Positions 30,638 to 41,056 of a stretch of 53,424 nucleotides of DNA are shown here, one piece after another; the first letter of the stretch is position 1; every line of letters begins with the position of its first letter. The notes beneath the pieces are model-generated. The model was given only the letters and a program-made list of their open reading frames with translations. It had not been told where the DNA came from and made no database searches. The DNA is from Paracoccaceae bacterium. GTDB taxonomy: Bacteria; Pseudomonadota; Alphaproteobacteria; Rhodobacterales; Rhodobacteraceae. The translations under genes were made by a program, and so were the position numbers. The DNA lies in NCBI GenBank assembly GCA_013214715.1, contig JABSSB010000002.1:1-53424 (forward strand), read 5' to 3'.

Positions 30638-32547
30638 GCGGCGTCTTTCGGGATCAGCGCGGACAGCGCGGCGGCAGAGAATGGTTTGGACAGCATGGGG
30701 CCAAGTGCGGCAGCCTGCTGGTAAAGAGGATCACTGACGGGCAGGGATGTCATCAAAACCACCGGAACCTCCTGCGTGGAGAGCCTGTCGCGTAGGTCCA
30801 GCCCGGTGGCGTCGCCCTGCAGGCGGATATCGGAGAGAACCAGCGCCAGATCGGGCAGGTCTGCGGTCAGGGCCATTGCTTCGTCGACAGAGGTCGCCTC
30901 GATCACGATATAGCCAAGATCCATCAGCATATCGCGGAACCCGGCGCGCAGATCGGCATCGTCTTCGACCAGCAGGCACAGGCCGCCCGAGACCGCGCCA
31001 GAGGTCGCCGTGGGGGCTGGGCGATGCGGCAGGCGCAGTGTCACAGCCGCGCCGGTGACGGTGTTGGACAAGCGCAGATCGCCCCCCGCCAGTTTGACCA
31101 TGTCATAGACCATCGGCAGGCCCAGCCCGGTGCCTTCAGACCCTTTGGTGGTGAAAAACGGGTTCAGGGCATTTTTCAGGGCTTCGGTCGAAAAGCCTGG
31201 TCCGGTGTCGGTCACGACGATCTCGGTCCATACGGTGCCGACGCGATGCGCGGTCACCGTGATCTGCCCCTGCAGGCCGCACGCGTCCCGCGCGTTCAGC
31301 ACAAGGTTCAGCAGCGCATCCTGCAACATCGCGTCATCCAGCATGACAGGCAGGCGCGGGGTGTGATCGACAACAGACAGACCAATCCCGCGCGGCAGCG
31401 ACGGCCCGGCCAGAACTGCCAGATCCGCCAGAAGTTGATGCAGGTCGGTCGGGCGCGGGCGCAGGCTGCGGGCGCTGGTCATGTCGGCGATCTGGTTCAG
31501 AAGCCGCCCGCCGCGCCGCGCCGCTGCGCGGGTGGCTTCGACCAGTTCGATCGCTTCGGGTGCCAGATCGGCCCGCGCGAGGCGGCCTTGCATCCCCAGT
31601 ATAATCGTCAGCAGGTTTGCGAAATCATGCGCGAGACCCGATGTCATCTGCGCCGCCATTTCCCGACGGCGGGTCTGTTGCAAGGCCACACGGGTCTGGG
31701 TTTCGGCGGTCACATCCATCGACAGGATATAGACCCCGCCTGTCTCATCGGGGGTAAAGGCCACCCGGATCCGGCGTCCATCCTGCGTTTCGGTAAATTC
31801 GAAAACCGGGTTTTCGCCATCATAGGCCGCGGCCAGTCGCGGTTCGATCCGACCATAGGCATCTGCGCCAAGCGCGTCTGAGATGTGCAGGCCGACAATT
31901 TCCGATGGTCGTCCGGGGATCACCGCAGACAGGCGGCGGTTGGAATAGGTGTAAATCCCATCCGGCCCTACATGCGCGATATGGGCCGGCATCATTTCGG
32001 TGGTGAGCCTTGTGCGGGCCTCCATCTCGGTCAACTCGCGCTTGGCTTCTTCGAGGGCTGCATTCGTTGCAGCAAGTTCGCGGTTGGTCGCCGCCAGTTC
32101 CTCGGTATAGGCGATCAGTTTTTCAGACAGCTCTTCGGACCTTGCGCGCAGTAGCGAGTCCGAGGTCTTGGCGCGGGTGATGTCGGTGTAGACCGCGACC
32201 CAGCCGCCCATCGGCAAGGGCGCGCCTTCGACGGTGATGATCTTGCCATTGGCGCGGGTGCGTTCGAAGAAATGCGGCTCGAAGGCGCGGGCGGTGGCGG
32301 TGCGCTGGGCGACGAAATCCTCGACATCCTCGACCTCGCCATATTCGCCCTGGGTTATCATGAAACGGATCGTGTCGGAAAAGCGCGCGCCGGGTCTCAC
32401 CAGCGCATCGGGCAGGTTGAACATCTCCTGAAACCGGCGATTGCCCGCGACCAGCAGCAGATTGCGGTCATAGATCGACAGCGCCTGATCGATCAGGTTC
32501 AACCCGGCGGCGGTCATCTCGGCAATGCGGCGGTCCGGCGTGGACAT
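30634..32547 (-). CDS. hybrid PAS sensor histidine kinase with C-terminal receiver
   Basis: ORF 30634..32583 trimmed to ATG 32547 (GGAG upstream). PAS-like N-terminal halves, H-box SGLAHDFANLL, ATPase GTGLGLPMV, receiver LLVEDDADLR. Confidence 0.9.
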   Translation of the reverse strand: MSTPDRRIAEMTAAGLNLIDQALSIYDRNLLLVAGNRRFQEMFNLPDALVRPGARFSDTIRFMITQGEYGEVEDVEDFVAQRTATARAFEPHFFERTRANGKIITVEGAPLPMGGWVAVYTDITRAKTSDSLLRARSEELSEKLIAYTEELAATNRELAATNAALEEAKRELTEMEARTRLTTEMMPAHIAHVGPDGIYTYSNRRLSAVIPGRPSEIVGLHISDALGADAYGRIEPRLAAAYDGENPVFEFTETQDGRRIRVAFTPDETGGVYILSMDVTAETQTRVALQQTRRREMAAQMTSGLAHDFANLLTIILGMQGRLARADLAPEAIELVEATRAAARRGGRLLNQIADMTSARSLRPRPTDLHQLLADLAVLAGPSLPRGIGLSVVDHTPRLPVMLDDAMLQDALLNLVLNARDACGLQGQITVTAHRVGTVWTEIVVTDTGPGFSTEALKNALNPFFTTKGSEGTGLGLPMVYDMVKLAGGDLRLSNTVTGAAVTLRLPHRPAPTATSGAVSGGLCLLVEDDADLRAGFRDMLMDLGYIVIEATSVDEAMALTADLPDLALVLSDIRLQGDATGLDLRDRLSTQEVPVVLMTSLPVSDPLYQQAAALGPMLSKPFSAAALSALIPKDAA

Positions 32548-32682
32548 GGTCAGGCTCCTGCTGAGTGGAGACAGGGCTATCACCGCTCTGACGACGCGTC
32601 AAAGCACTGGCGACCCCTGCGAAAGCCTTGGCCGCTTCGGCCGGGCGTCATTGGGATCCAGGCAGGTCAAAAGGGGGCGGCC

Positions 32683-34190
32683 ATGCGGCGTCTCATTGTG
32701 ATCCTGCTTGGGGTGCTGGCGGTTGGGTGGGTCGGGCTGTTTGTGGCGCCGCGGCTCTCGGGCCCGACAGAGGTCGCGGTTGCGGATCTGTCCGTATTTG
32801 ATGCTGTAGATGGCGTCATTGCAATCAAGGATGAGGTCGATCCATCCACGATGATCATCGAAGAGGATGTGCCGATCCTGACGCGCGACGGCACGCGACT
32901 GTCGGCCAAGCTGCACCGGCCCGTCACCGATGCGCCTGTGTCTGTGGTGATGTCTTTTTGCCGCCTATCGCAAAGATGTCGGGCTGAATGGCATGTCCTA
33001 TCTGGCCATTTCGCAATGGGTTGCAGGCTCAGACACTCCACCATCCTCTCTGAAAGCGATAATCCCGTGGCAGGGGCAATCAGATAATTTCCGCGAGATC
33101 CTGTATCGCGGTGGCATCCCTGAAACCGGGTTCACCGGGTTCTGGATGAACCGGATTTCCGGGCTGGCGCATGACAGCCCCTTGCCGCCCCTGCCAGTGG
33201 TGCGGCGCGTGCATCGGCATCCGATGCTGATGAAACATGTGCAAGACCGCCTGACGCCGCCATCGGGCATTGATCTGCCATCAATCTCGATGCCCGCTCT
33301 GATCGCCGGCACATGGTCGGATCAGGGGCTGCACATGCGCGGATCCTGTGAAGGGATTCAAGCAGATCGAGTCGGAGCAGAAATGGCTGTTCGCCCATGG
33401 CCGCCCAAAATGGAGCACCTAAGATAGCGCCGAGGCACTTGCGGTGCAGACCGCGTTTTTTCCATTTCCTGAACGGCCTAGCGAACGGGGTACAACCGCC
33501 CGCCTGCGCGGCTGGAAAGTCGCGAAACGCGCAACGTTTCCACGGTGCCTGATGAAGCGGATTGGCCGATCCCGGCCGCGGAGTATCGTCGGTTGTCTCT
33601 GGACATGACAGGCGGCGGGTTGGTGACAGAGCTGCCTGCCGCCGAAGCGCAGATCACCTATGATGCTTTGGACAAACAGGCGCGGTTCACGCTGCGCTTT
33701 GATCGCGATACCGAACTGAGTGGCAATATGAAGCTGCGGCTTCGGGTATCGGCAGACTGGGCGCGGGACATGAGACGGGGCGCGGGACATGGATTTGTTC
33801 ATTGGCATCGACAAGCTGGATGCCAGCGGTGCGCGCTTACTCTTCTATGCCAAAACCGGATTTATGGAGGGGCCGGTGGCCATGGGGTGGCAACGCGTAT
33901 CGCTGCGCGATCTGAATCTCGCACGGTCAACGCCGCAGCAAGCGCTGCTGTCCTTTGCCGGGTCGCAGCCCATATCCGGGGGAGAGATCATGCCGGTTGA
34001 GATCGAAATCCTGCCATCCAGCACGCTGTTTCGGGCTGGCGACAGCTTGCAGCTGACCGTGCAGGGGCGCGATTTGTTCGACCATCCGATGCTGCATCAT
34101 GCCGACACGGTCAATGCCGTGCAGCACGTTCTGCAGGGCGGCAGGACCTATGATCCGCATCTGCCGGTCCCGGTCATCCCGCTGCGCTGA
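32683..34190 (+). pseudogene. CocE/NonD-family (X-Pro dipeptidyl-peptidase S15-like) hydrolase, multiply frameshifted with an internal deletion
   Basis: Family-like segments lie in at least four different frames. They include MRRLIV…VPILTRDGTRLSAKLHRP…VVMSF, (AAYRKDV)GLNGMSYLAISQWVAG…LKAIIPWQG, …ALIAGTWSDQGLH, …ITYDALDKQARFTLRFDRDTELSGNMKLRL and …DLFIGIDKLDASG…LQLTVQGRD. The stretch expected between YRKD and the GxSYxA nucleophile elbow is absent. Confidence 0.7.
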
Positions 34191-34347
34191 GCTTGTTACA
34201 ATTCGTTAGATTCTGGAAAACTTGACGCAAGACTCCGGCGCAATGGTGCACCCACACCGCCAGAGAGGGTCGACGAATCGGCCCCCGAGTTGCGGCCGAG
34301 GTGGGGCCATACGGCCCGCGTTGGGAGGAAAAGAATTGGCTCAGTCG

Positions 34348-36306
34348 ATGACGGGCGCCGGGGACTATCAGTCCATCCCGGCGCTGTTGCACCGTAATGC
34401 GTCCGAGTTTGGCGACAGCCCGGCCTATCGGGAAAAGGAATTCGGGATCTGGCAAAGCTGGACCTGGTCCCAGACGGAAAAAGAGATCGAAGCGCTGGCG
34501 CTGGGCCTGATCAATATGGGTGTGGCCGAAGGCGATTTCATCGCCATCATCGGGCGCAACCGGCCTTACATGTATTGGTCGATGGTCGCGGCGCAGATGG
34601 TCGGCGCGGTGCCTGTGCCCCTCTATCAGGATGCCGTGGCCGAAGAGATGGCCTATGTCCTGAGTCACTGCGGGGCGCGGTTCGTGATCGTGCAGGATCA
34701 GGAACAGGTCGACAAGGTCATTGAGGTGCAGGATGAGCTGCATCAGTTCGAGCATATGATCTATCTCGACCCGCGCGGCCTGCGGAAATACGACCATACG
34801 CATCTGCATCAATACAGCCACGTGCAGGATCAGGGCCGCTCGGCCTGGGACGAGCTGCATACTGAGCTTGAGGCGCGTCAGGCCAAGCTGACTTACGACT
34901 CGACCTGTGTGATGCTGTACACGTCGGGCACGACCGGCAAGCCCAAGGGCGTTGTGCTGTCGAACCGCAACGTCATCGAAAGCGCCAAAGCGTCGAGCGA
35001 GTTCGACCACCTGTCGCGTGACGAAGAAATTCTGGCCTATCTGCCGATGGCCTGGGTGGGGGATTTCATCTTTTCGATCGGGCAGGCCTATTGGACGGGC
35101 TTCTGTGTAAACTGCCCTGAGAGCGCGGATACGATGATGACCGACCTGCGTGAGATCGGGCCGACCTATTACTTTGCCCCGCCACGCGTGTTTGAAACGC
35201 AGCTGACCAATGTGATGATCCGGATGGAAGATGCCGGGCGGCTGAAAAAGCGGCTGTTTGATCACTACATGGCTGTAGCCCGGCGCGTGGGGCCGAAGAT
35301 TCTGGATGGAGAACCGGTCGGGATGGGGGATCGGATCGCCTATGCCCTTGGAAATATGTTGATCTATGGTCCGCTGAAAAACACGCTGGGATTTACCAAT
35401 ATCCGCGTGGGGTATACGGCGGGCGAAGCGATCGGGCCGGAGATTTTCGATTTCTACCGCGCGCTGGGTATCAATCTCAAACAGCTTTACGGCCAGACCG
35501 AAGCCACTGTGTTCATCACGGCGCAGCCCGATGGGCAGGTGCGGTCGGATACGGTCGGCGTGCCCAGCCCCGGCGTCGAGATCAAGATCGACGACAATGG
35601 CGAAGTGCATTACCGCAGCCCCGGCGTGTTTGTGGAGTATTACAAGAACGCCGAAAGCACGGCTGGTACAAAGGATGCCGAAGGCTGGGTGGCGACGGGA
35701 GACGCTGGGTTCATCGAGCAGGATACTGGCCATCTGCGCATCATCGACCGGGCCAAAGACGTGGGCAAAATGGCCAGCGGCGGGATGTTCGCGCCGAAAT
35801 ATGTCGAGAACAAACTGAAATTCTATCCCAACATCCTTGAGGCCGTGGTCTTTGGCAACGGGCGGGATCGCTGCACGGCGTTTATCAATATCGATCTGGC
35901 CGCGGTCGGGAATTGGGCGGAGCGCAACAATATCGCCTATGCGTCCTACCAGGAACTGGCAGGTCATCCCGAAGTTTTGAAAGCGATCCAGGGTCATGTG
36001 GAAGAGGTGAATGCCTCGGTTGCGGAAGATGCGATGCTGTCGGACTGCCAGGTGCATCGCTTTGTGGTTCTGCACAAGGAACTGGATGCCGATGATGGGG
36101 AGTTGACGCGCACCCGAAAAGTGCGGCGGCGGATCATCGAAGACAAATACGGCGATATCATCACCGCGCTTTATGACGGATCGGCACAGGTCAGCACCTC
36201 GACCGAGGTGACCTATGAAGATGGTCGCAAAGGCGCAATCAGCGCCACGCTGGATATTCGCGACGCGGCCGTAGCGCCCGTGGCAACGAAGATGGCAGCA
36301 GAATGA
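34348..36306 (+). CDS. AMP-dependent synthetase/ligase (long-chain acyl-CoA ligase-like)
   Basis: ORF 34222..36306 trimmed to ATG 34348 (TTG 34336 is also possible; GGGAGG at 34323). Motifs MLYTSGTTGKPKGVVLSN, YGQTEAT, GDAG…DRAKD. Confidence 0.88.
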   Translation: MTGAGDYQSIPALLHRNASEFGDSPAYREKEFGIWQSWTWSQTEKEIEALALGLINMGVAEGDFIAIIGRNRPYMYWSMVAAQMVGAVPVPLYQDAVAEEMAYVLSHCGARFVIVQDQEQVDKVIEVQDELHQFEHMIYLDPRGLRKYDHTHLHQYSHVQDQGRSAWDELHTELEARQAKLTYDSTCVMLYTSGTTGKPKGVVLSNRNVIESAKASSEFDHLSRDEEILAYLPMAWVGDFIFSIGQAYWTGFCVNCPESADTMMTDLREIGPTYYFAPPRVFETQLTNVMIRMEDAGRLKKRLFDHYMAVARRVGPKILDGEPVGMGDRIAYALGNMLIYGPLKNTLGFTNIRVGYTAGEAIGPEIFDFYRALGINLKQLYGQTEATVFITAQPDGQVRSDTVGVPSPGVEIKIDDNGEVHYRSPGVFVEYYKNAESTAGTKDAEGWVATGDAGFIEQDTGHLRIIDRAKDVGKMASGGMFAPKYVENKLKFYPNILEAVVFGNGRDRCTAFINIDLAAVGNWAERNNIAYASYQELAGHPEVLKAIQGHVEEVNASVAEDAMLSDCQVHRFVVLHKELDADDGELTRTRKVRRRIIEDKYGDIITALYDGSAQVSTSTEVTYEDGRKGAISATLDIRDAAVAPVATKMAAE

Positions 36307-36396
36307 CGGCTGGTGGTTTGGACGGGGTCGGACGCTCGCGCCCTTGGGCGCATCGCCCCGCCCACCGTCCCGCAGGCGCCGATTGGGAGGCAGGAT

Positions 36397-37215
36397 ATGC
36401 TTGATCAGACCGAAGGCTATGTGACTGAGGACGGTCGCCAGATCGGCGGAGTGGTGATGGAGATGAAGAACATCACCCTGCGCTTTGGCGGGGTCGTGGC
36501 GATCAAGGATATCTCTTTCGATATTCGTGAAGGCGAGATCCGCGCCATTATCGGCCCGAACGGGGCTGGGAAATCGTCTATGCTGAACGTGATTTCCGGC
36601 TTTTACATCCCGCAGGAGGGCGAGGTCTGGTTCCGTGGATCGAAGCGCCCGCCGACGCGGCCCTATGAGGTCGCGCAGCAGGGCATCGCGCGGACGTTCC
36701 AGAACATTGCCTTGTTTGAAGGCATGTCGGTTCTGGATAATGTGATGACCGGCCGTCTGACCCAGATGAAATCGTCGATCTTCCATCAGGCGCTGTGGCG
36801 CGGCAAGGCCGAGGCCGAGGAAACCGCCAATCGCGAGATTGCCGAAAAGATCATCGACTTCCTTGAGATCCAGCATATCCGTAAGACGCCGGTCGCGCGT
36901 CTGCCCTATGGCCTGAAGAAGCGTGTGGAACTGGCGCGCGCCTTGGCTGCGGAGCCGAAACTTCTGCTGCTGGATGAGCCGATGGCGGGCATGAACGTTG
37001 AGGAGAAGGAGGATATGTGCCGCTTCATCCTCGACGTAAACGACGAATTTGGCACCACCATCGCCCTGATTGAACATGACATGGGTGTCGTGATGGATCT
37101 GAGCGACCGTGTGGTGGTGATGGATTACGGCAAGAAAATCGGCGACGGCACACCCGATGAGGTGCGCGCCAACCAAGAGGTGATCGATGCCTATCTGGGG
37201 GTCAGCCATGATTGA
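36397..37215 (+). CDS. ABC transporter ATP-binding protein (LivG-like, HAAT family)
   Basis: Trimmed to ATG 36397 (GGGAGG upstream). Walker A GPNGAGKSS, plus LLLDEPMAGMN. Confidence 0.9.
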   Translation: MLDQTEGYVTEDGRQIGGVVMEMKNITLRFGGVVAIKDISFDIREGEIRAIIGPNGAGKSSMLNVISGFYIPQEGEVWFRGSKRPPTRPYEVAQQGIARTFQNIALFEGMSVLDNVMTGRLTQMKSSIFHQALWRGKAEAEETANREIAEKIIDFLEIQHIRKTPVARLPYGLKKRVELARALAAEPKLLLLDEPMAGMNVEEKEDMCRFILDVNDEFGTTIALIEHDMGVVMDLSDRVVVMDYGKKIGDGTPDEVRANQEVIDAYLGVSHD

Positions 37216-37239
37216 TGTGATTGTGACCAAGGAGGGCCT

Positions 37240-38229
37240 GTGATGCCTGATCAACTGGTTTTCGCGATGGAGATCACGATCAACGGCCTCATGGCCGGGG
37301 TTCTCTATGCACTTGTCGCACTGGGCTTTGTGCTGATCTACAAGGCGTCCGGCATCTTCAACTATGCCCAAGGCGTGATGGCGCTTTTTGCCGCGATGAC
37401 GCTGGTGGGGATCATGAATGGTCAGGTGCCTTTTGCGCATCTCATCAACGCGATCTTGGGTACCAAGGTGCATCATTTCGGCTGGCATGTGCCTGCGTTG
37501 CTGGCGATCTTGGTGACAGTGGTGGTGATGATTGGGCTCGCTTGGGCGGTGCAGGTGCTGGTGATGCGGCATCTGGTCAATCAGGAACCGATCATCCTGT
37601 TCATGGCGACGATCGGTCTGGCCTATTTCCTTGAAGGTCTGTCAGATCTGATGTGGGGGTCCGAGTTGAAGGCGCTGGATGTCGGTTTGCCCCAAGGGAT
37701 CAACCTGTGGATCGATGAAACAACCTTCGAGATGTTCGGGTATGGCTTCTTCATCGACAATCTCGACATTGTTGCGACGATCATCGCGGCGCTTCTGGTG
37801 ACGGCTCTGATCGCGTTCAGCCAATATACCAAGCAAGGTCGCGCGATGCGGGCTGTGGCGGATGACCACCAGGCAGCCCTGTCGGTCGGCATTTCCCTGA
37901 ACTTTATCTGGGTTCTCGTGTGGTCGCTGGCGGGCTTTGTTGCCCTCGTCGCGGGCATCATGTGGGGCACCAAATCGGGTGTGCAGTTCTCGCTGTCGCT
38001 CATCGCGCTCAAGGCGCTGCCGGTCTTGATGCTGGGTGGCTTCACATCGATCCCCGGTGCGATTGTGGGGGGGCTCATCATCGGTGTGGGCGAGAAGCTG
38101 TTTGAATTCCTTGTTGGCCCGCTGATTGGTGGCGCGACCGAAAACTGGTTCGCCTATGTGCTGGCGCTGATCTTTCTTGTCTTCCGACCGCAGGGTCTGT
38201 TTGGCGAGAAGATCATCGAGAGGGTTTAG
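37240..38229 (+). CDS. branched-chain-amino-acid-type ABC permease (LivH-like)
   Basis: 329 aa, polytopic. The LivH-type N-terminus …INGLMAGVLYALVALGFVLIYKASGIFNYAQG. Confidence 0.9.
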   Translation: MMPDQLVFAMEITINGLMAGVLYALVALGFVLIYKASGIFNYAQGVMALFAAMTLVGIMNGQVPFAHLINAILGTKVHHFGWHVPALLAILVTVVVMIGLAWAVQVLVMRHLVNQEPIILFMATIGLAYFLEGLSDLMWGSELKALDVGLPQGINLWIDETTFEMFGYGFFIDNLDIVATIIAALLVTALIAFSQYTKQGRAMRAVADDHQAALSVGISLNFIWVLVWSLAGFVALVAGIMWGTKSGVQFSLSLIALKALPVLMLGGFTSIPGAIVGGLIIGVGEKLFEFLVGPLIGGATENWFAYVLALIFLVFRPQGLFGEKIIERV

Positions 38230-38231
38230 CC

Positions 38232-38492
38232 ATGCGCAAGCTAATCGCCATCCTCAACGTGGTCGCCTGGGCCGGGTTCTGGGCCTTTGGCTACATCGCT
38301 CTGGGCGTTGATGGGTTGAGCGATGGGCAGGTGGTCATTGCAGCCATCCTCGCCTTTGGCGGGCTGATGGCCGGGATGATCGCATATATGAAACTGGTGC
38401 GGATGGCCGAAGAAACAGGCTATGCCCGCGCGTCAAACCAGCTCACGCCGCAAGAGCGTGACAGCGCGCAGGCGCAATGGGAGGTGTCATAA
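38232..38492 (+). CDS. hypothetical two-TM small protein inside the ABC operon
   Basis: 86-aa ORF starting 2 nt after the livH-like stop. Its TAA overlaps the livM-like ATG (TAATG). Two hydrophobic helices plus a charged tail. Confidence 0.5.
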   Translation: MRKLIAILNVVAWAGFWAFGYIALGVDGLSDGQVVIAAILAFGGLMAGMIAYMKLVRMAEETGYARASNQLTPQERDSAQAQWEVS

Positions 38493-39619
38493 TGTTTTAT
38501 CGCGAAGCGGGTGATTTCCACACCTCTTACCCCTCGGACAACCAAACCTTTCCGATCCGTCTGGACCGCTATCGCTATTACGCCGTGCTGGCGGTAGCCT
38601 TCGGGGTGATCCCGTTCCTGATCAATGATTACTGGGCCAATGCGATCCTGCTGCCTTTCCTGATCTATTCGATCGCAGCGATCGGGCTGAACATCCTTGT
38701 CGGCTATTGCGGACAGGTGAGCTTGGGCACCGGGGGCTTCATGGCGGTGGGCGCCTATGCTTGCTACAAATTCATGACGGGTCTGGATATCTGGCTGCCG
38801 ACGGGGCCAGAGGGCGAATATGTCCGGTATGCTCTGCCCGAGATCAATATCTTTTTCTCGGTTCTGCTGGCAGGTGTCGTGACAGCGGCCGTGACTGTGC
38901 TGTTCGGTCTGCCCTCTTTGCGGATTAAAGGGTTCTATCTGGCCGTGGCAACGCTGGCGGCGCAATTCTTTCTGGTCTGGATGTTCAACCGGGTCGCGTG
39001 GTTCTACAACTACTCGGCCTCAGGACAGATTAACGCGCCTGAACGCGGCTTTCTGGGTATTCCGGTGACCGGCCCTGCGACGGAGGCCTGGGCGACATAT
39101 CTCTTCTGCCTGATTTTCACGGTTGGCGCGGCCATTCTGGCGCGCAATCTGACACGTGGCACAATCGGGCGAACATGGATGGCGATCCGCGACATGGATA
39201 TCGCGGCCGAGATCATCGGGGTGAACCCGATGCGGGCCAAGCTCACGGCCTTTGCGGTGTCGGGCTTTCTGGTCGGTGTGTCGGGCGCGCTGTTCTTTGC
39301 GGTCTATCTGGGCGCTGTGGAAGTAGGGGAAGTCTTTGGCATCACCAAATCCTTCCTTGTGCTGTTCATGATCATCATTGGCGGGTTGGGGTCGATCTTT
39401 GGCTCCTTTGCAGGGGCGGCCTTCCTTGTGCTGCTGCCAGTGTTCTTGAAACTTCTGGGCGTCGATCTGCTGGGCTTCCCCACCGATATCGTGGCGCATA
39501 TGCAGCTGATCATCGTGGGCGCGCTGATCGTGATCTTCCTGATCATGGAACCGCACGGCCTGGCGCAGCTATGGCGTGTCGCGAAAGAGAAACTGCGGCT
39601 CTGGCCGTTTCCACACTGA
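38492..39619 (+). CDS. branched-chain-amino-acid-type ABC permease (LivM-like)
   Basis: ORF 38477..39619 trimmed to ATG 38492 (GGAGG upstream). Polytopic, with …LNILVGYCGQVSLGTGGFMAVGAY. Confidence 0.9.
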   Translation: MFYREAGDFHTSYPSDNQTFPIRLDRYRYYAVLAVAFGVIPFLINDYWANAILLPFLIYSIAAIGLNILVGYCGQVSLGTGGFMAVGAYACYKFMTGLDIWLPTGPEGEYVRYALPEINIFFSVLLAGVVTAAVTVLFGLPSLRIKGFYLAVATLAAQFFLVWMFNRVAWFYNYSASGQINAPERGFLGIPVTGPATEAWATYLFCLIFTVGAAILARNLTRGTIGRTWMAIRDMDIAAEIIGVNPMRAKLTAFAVSGFLVGVSGALFFAVYLGAVEVGEVFGITKSFLVLFMIIIGGLGSIFGSFAGAAFLVLLPVFLKLLGVDLLGFPTDIVAHMQLIIVGALIVIFLIMEPHGLAQLWRVAKEKLRLWPFPH

Positions 39620-39703
39620 TTGATTCGAGCAATCCAAGACCCGGTGCGGGGACACAACCTCGCCCAAGAAACCATCGGACAAGACATGGGAGGACATGAC
39701 CCG

Positions 39704-40984
39704 ATGAAACTGAAGATAACCACGCTGGCGCTAGGCGCCGTGATGGCAGCCGGCCCCGTGATGGCAGACCTGGTGTTCCCGTCGCTCAGCTATCGCACAG
39801 GCCCCTATGCCGCAGGTGGGATTCCATTTGCTGATGGCTATGCCGACTACTTCACCCTACTGAACGAACGCGATGGTGGCATCGGTGGTGTCCCGACCCG
39901 CGTTCTGGAATGCGAAACCGGCTATAACACCGAAAAAGGTGTGGAATGCTATGAATCGACCAAGGGCGAAGGCTCGTTGGTGTATCAGCCGCTCTCGACC
40001 GGCATCACCTATCAGCTGATCCCGAAAACCACGGCTGATGACATCCCGATGCACACGATGGGCTATGGCCGCACCTCGGCCAAGAACGGCGCCGTGTTCA
40101 GCCACACGTTCAACTATCCTGCAAACTATTGGGATGGAGCCTCGGGTGCGGTGAATTACCTGCTCGAAGTCAATGACGGTGACATTTCGGGCAAGAAAAT
40201 CGCGCTGGTCTATCATAACTCTGCCTATGGCAAAGAGCCGATCCGCACGCTGGAAGGTCTGGCCGAAAAGCATGGCTTTGAACTGCTACTGCTGCCGGTC
40301 GATCACCCCGGTCAGGAACAGAAATCCCAGTGGCTGCAAATCCGCCGCGAGCGTCCGGACAATGTCCTGATGTGGGGCTGGGGCGTGATGAACCAGGTCG
40401 CCGTGCAGGAAGCGGTGAACATCCGCTATCCGATGGAAAACTTCATCGGCATCTGGTGGTCGGGTTCTGAGAACGACGTGATCGCCGCGGGCGATGGGGC
40501 CAATGGCTACAAGGCGCTGACCTTCCACAATGTGGGCAGCGACTTCCCGGTCTTTGACGATATCCAGCAATATGTTGTGGACACCGGCAAGGCTGCGGGC
40601 GCTGGCGATCAGATCGGTACCGTGCTGTATAACCGTGGTCTCTATGCCGCGATGCTGGCGGCCGAAGCTGCCAAGACCGCGCAGGAAATCCACGGCACTG
40701 CCGACATCACACCGGCGATGATGCGCGACGGGATGGAAGCGCTGGACATGAATGCCGACAAGATGGCCGCGTTGGGTATGCCCAACTTTGGCCCGGCCTT
40801 CTCGGTCAGCTGCGAAAACCACGGTGGCCCCGCGCTGGTCGGTGTGACGCAGTGGGATGCGTCGGCACAGACCTGGTCGCTGATCTCGGACTTTAAACCG
40901 ACCGATGCTGAAATCCTCGCACCGCTGATCGCCGAAGATTCGGCGGCCTATGCAGCCGAGGCCGGTATCGAGCCACAGTGCTGA
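39704..40984 (+). CDS. ABC substrate-binding protein (LivK-like, type I periplasmic binding fold)
   Basis: Trimmed to MKLKITTLALGAVMAAGPVMA (GGGAGGA upstream). About 426 aa, secreted. Confidence 0.85.
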   Translation: MKLKITTLALGAVMAAGPVMADLVFPSLSYRTGPYAAGGIPFADGYADYFTLLNERDGGIGGVPTRVLECETGYNTEKGVECYESTKGEGSLVYQPLSTGITYQLIPKTTADDIPMHTMGYGRTSAKNGAVFSHTFNYPANYWDGASGAVNYLLEVNDGDISGKKIALVYHNSAYGKEPIRTLEGLAEKHGFELLLLPVDHPGQEQKSQWLQIRRERPDNVLMWGWGVMNQVAVQEAVNIRYPMENFIGIWWSGSENDVIAAGDGANGYKALTFHNVGSDFPVFDDIQQYVVDTGKAAGAGDQIGTVLYNRGLYAAMLAAEAAKTAQEIHGTADITPAMMRDGMEALDMNADKMAALGMPNFGPAFSVSCENHGGPALVGVTQWDASAQTWSLISDFKPTDAEILAPLIAEDSAAYAAEAGIEPQC

Positions 40985-41056
40985 TCGGTTGAAATGACAC
41001 CCGGCGCGGCGGATCACCCGCCGCGCCACCCCAAGGATCTAGAACAAGAGGCCGCC

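Noticed and set aside
34174-37572. Very long (1132 aa) minus-strand ORF
   Set aside because: It lies antisense to the clearly recognisable CoA-ligase and LivG-like genes. The translation is Arg/His/Pro/Gly-rich with no family resemblance. This is a typical shadow ORF of high-GC DNA.
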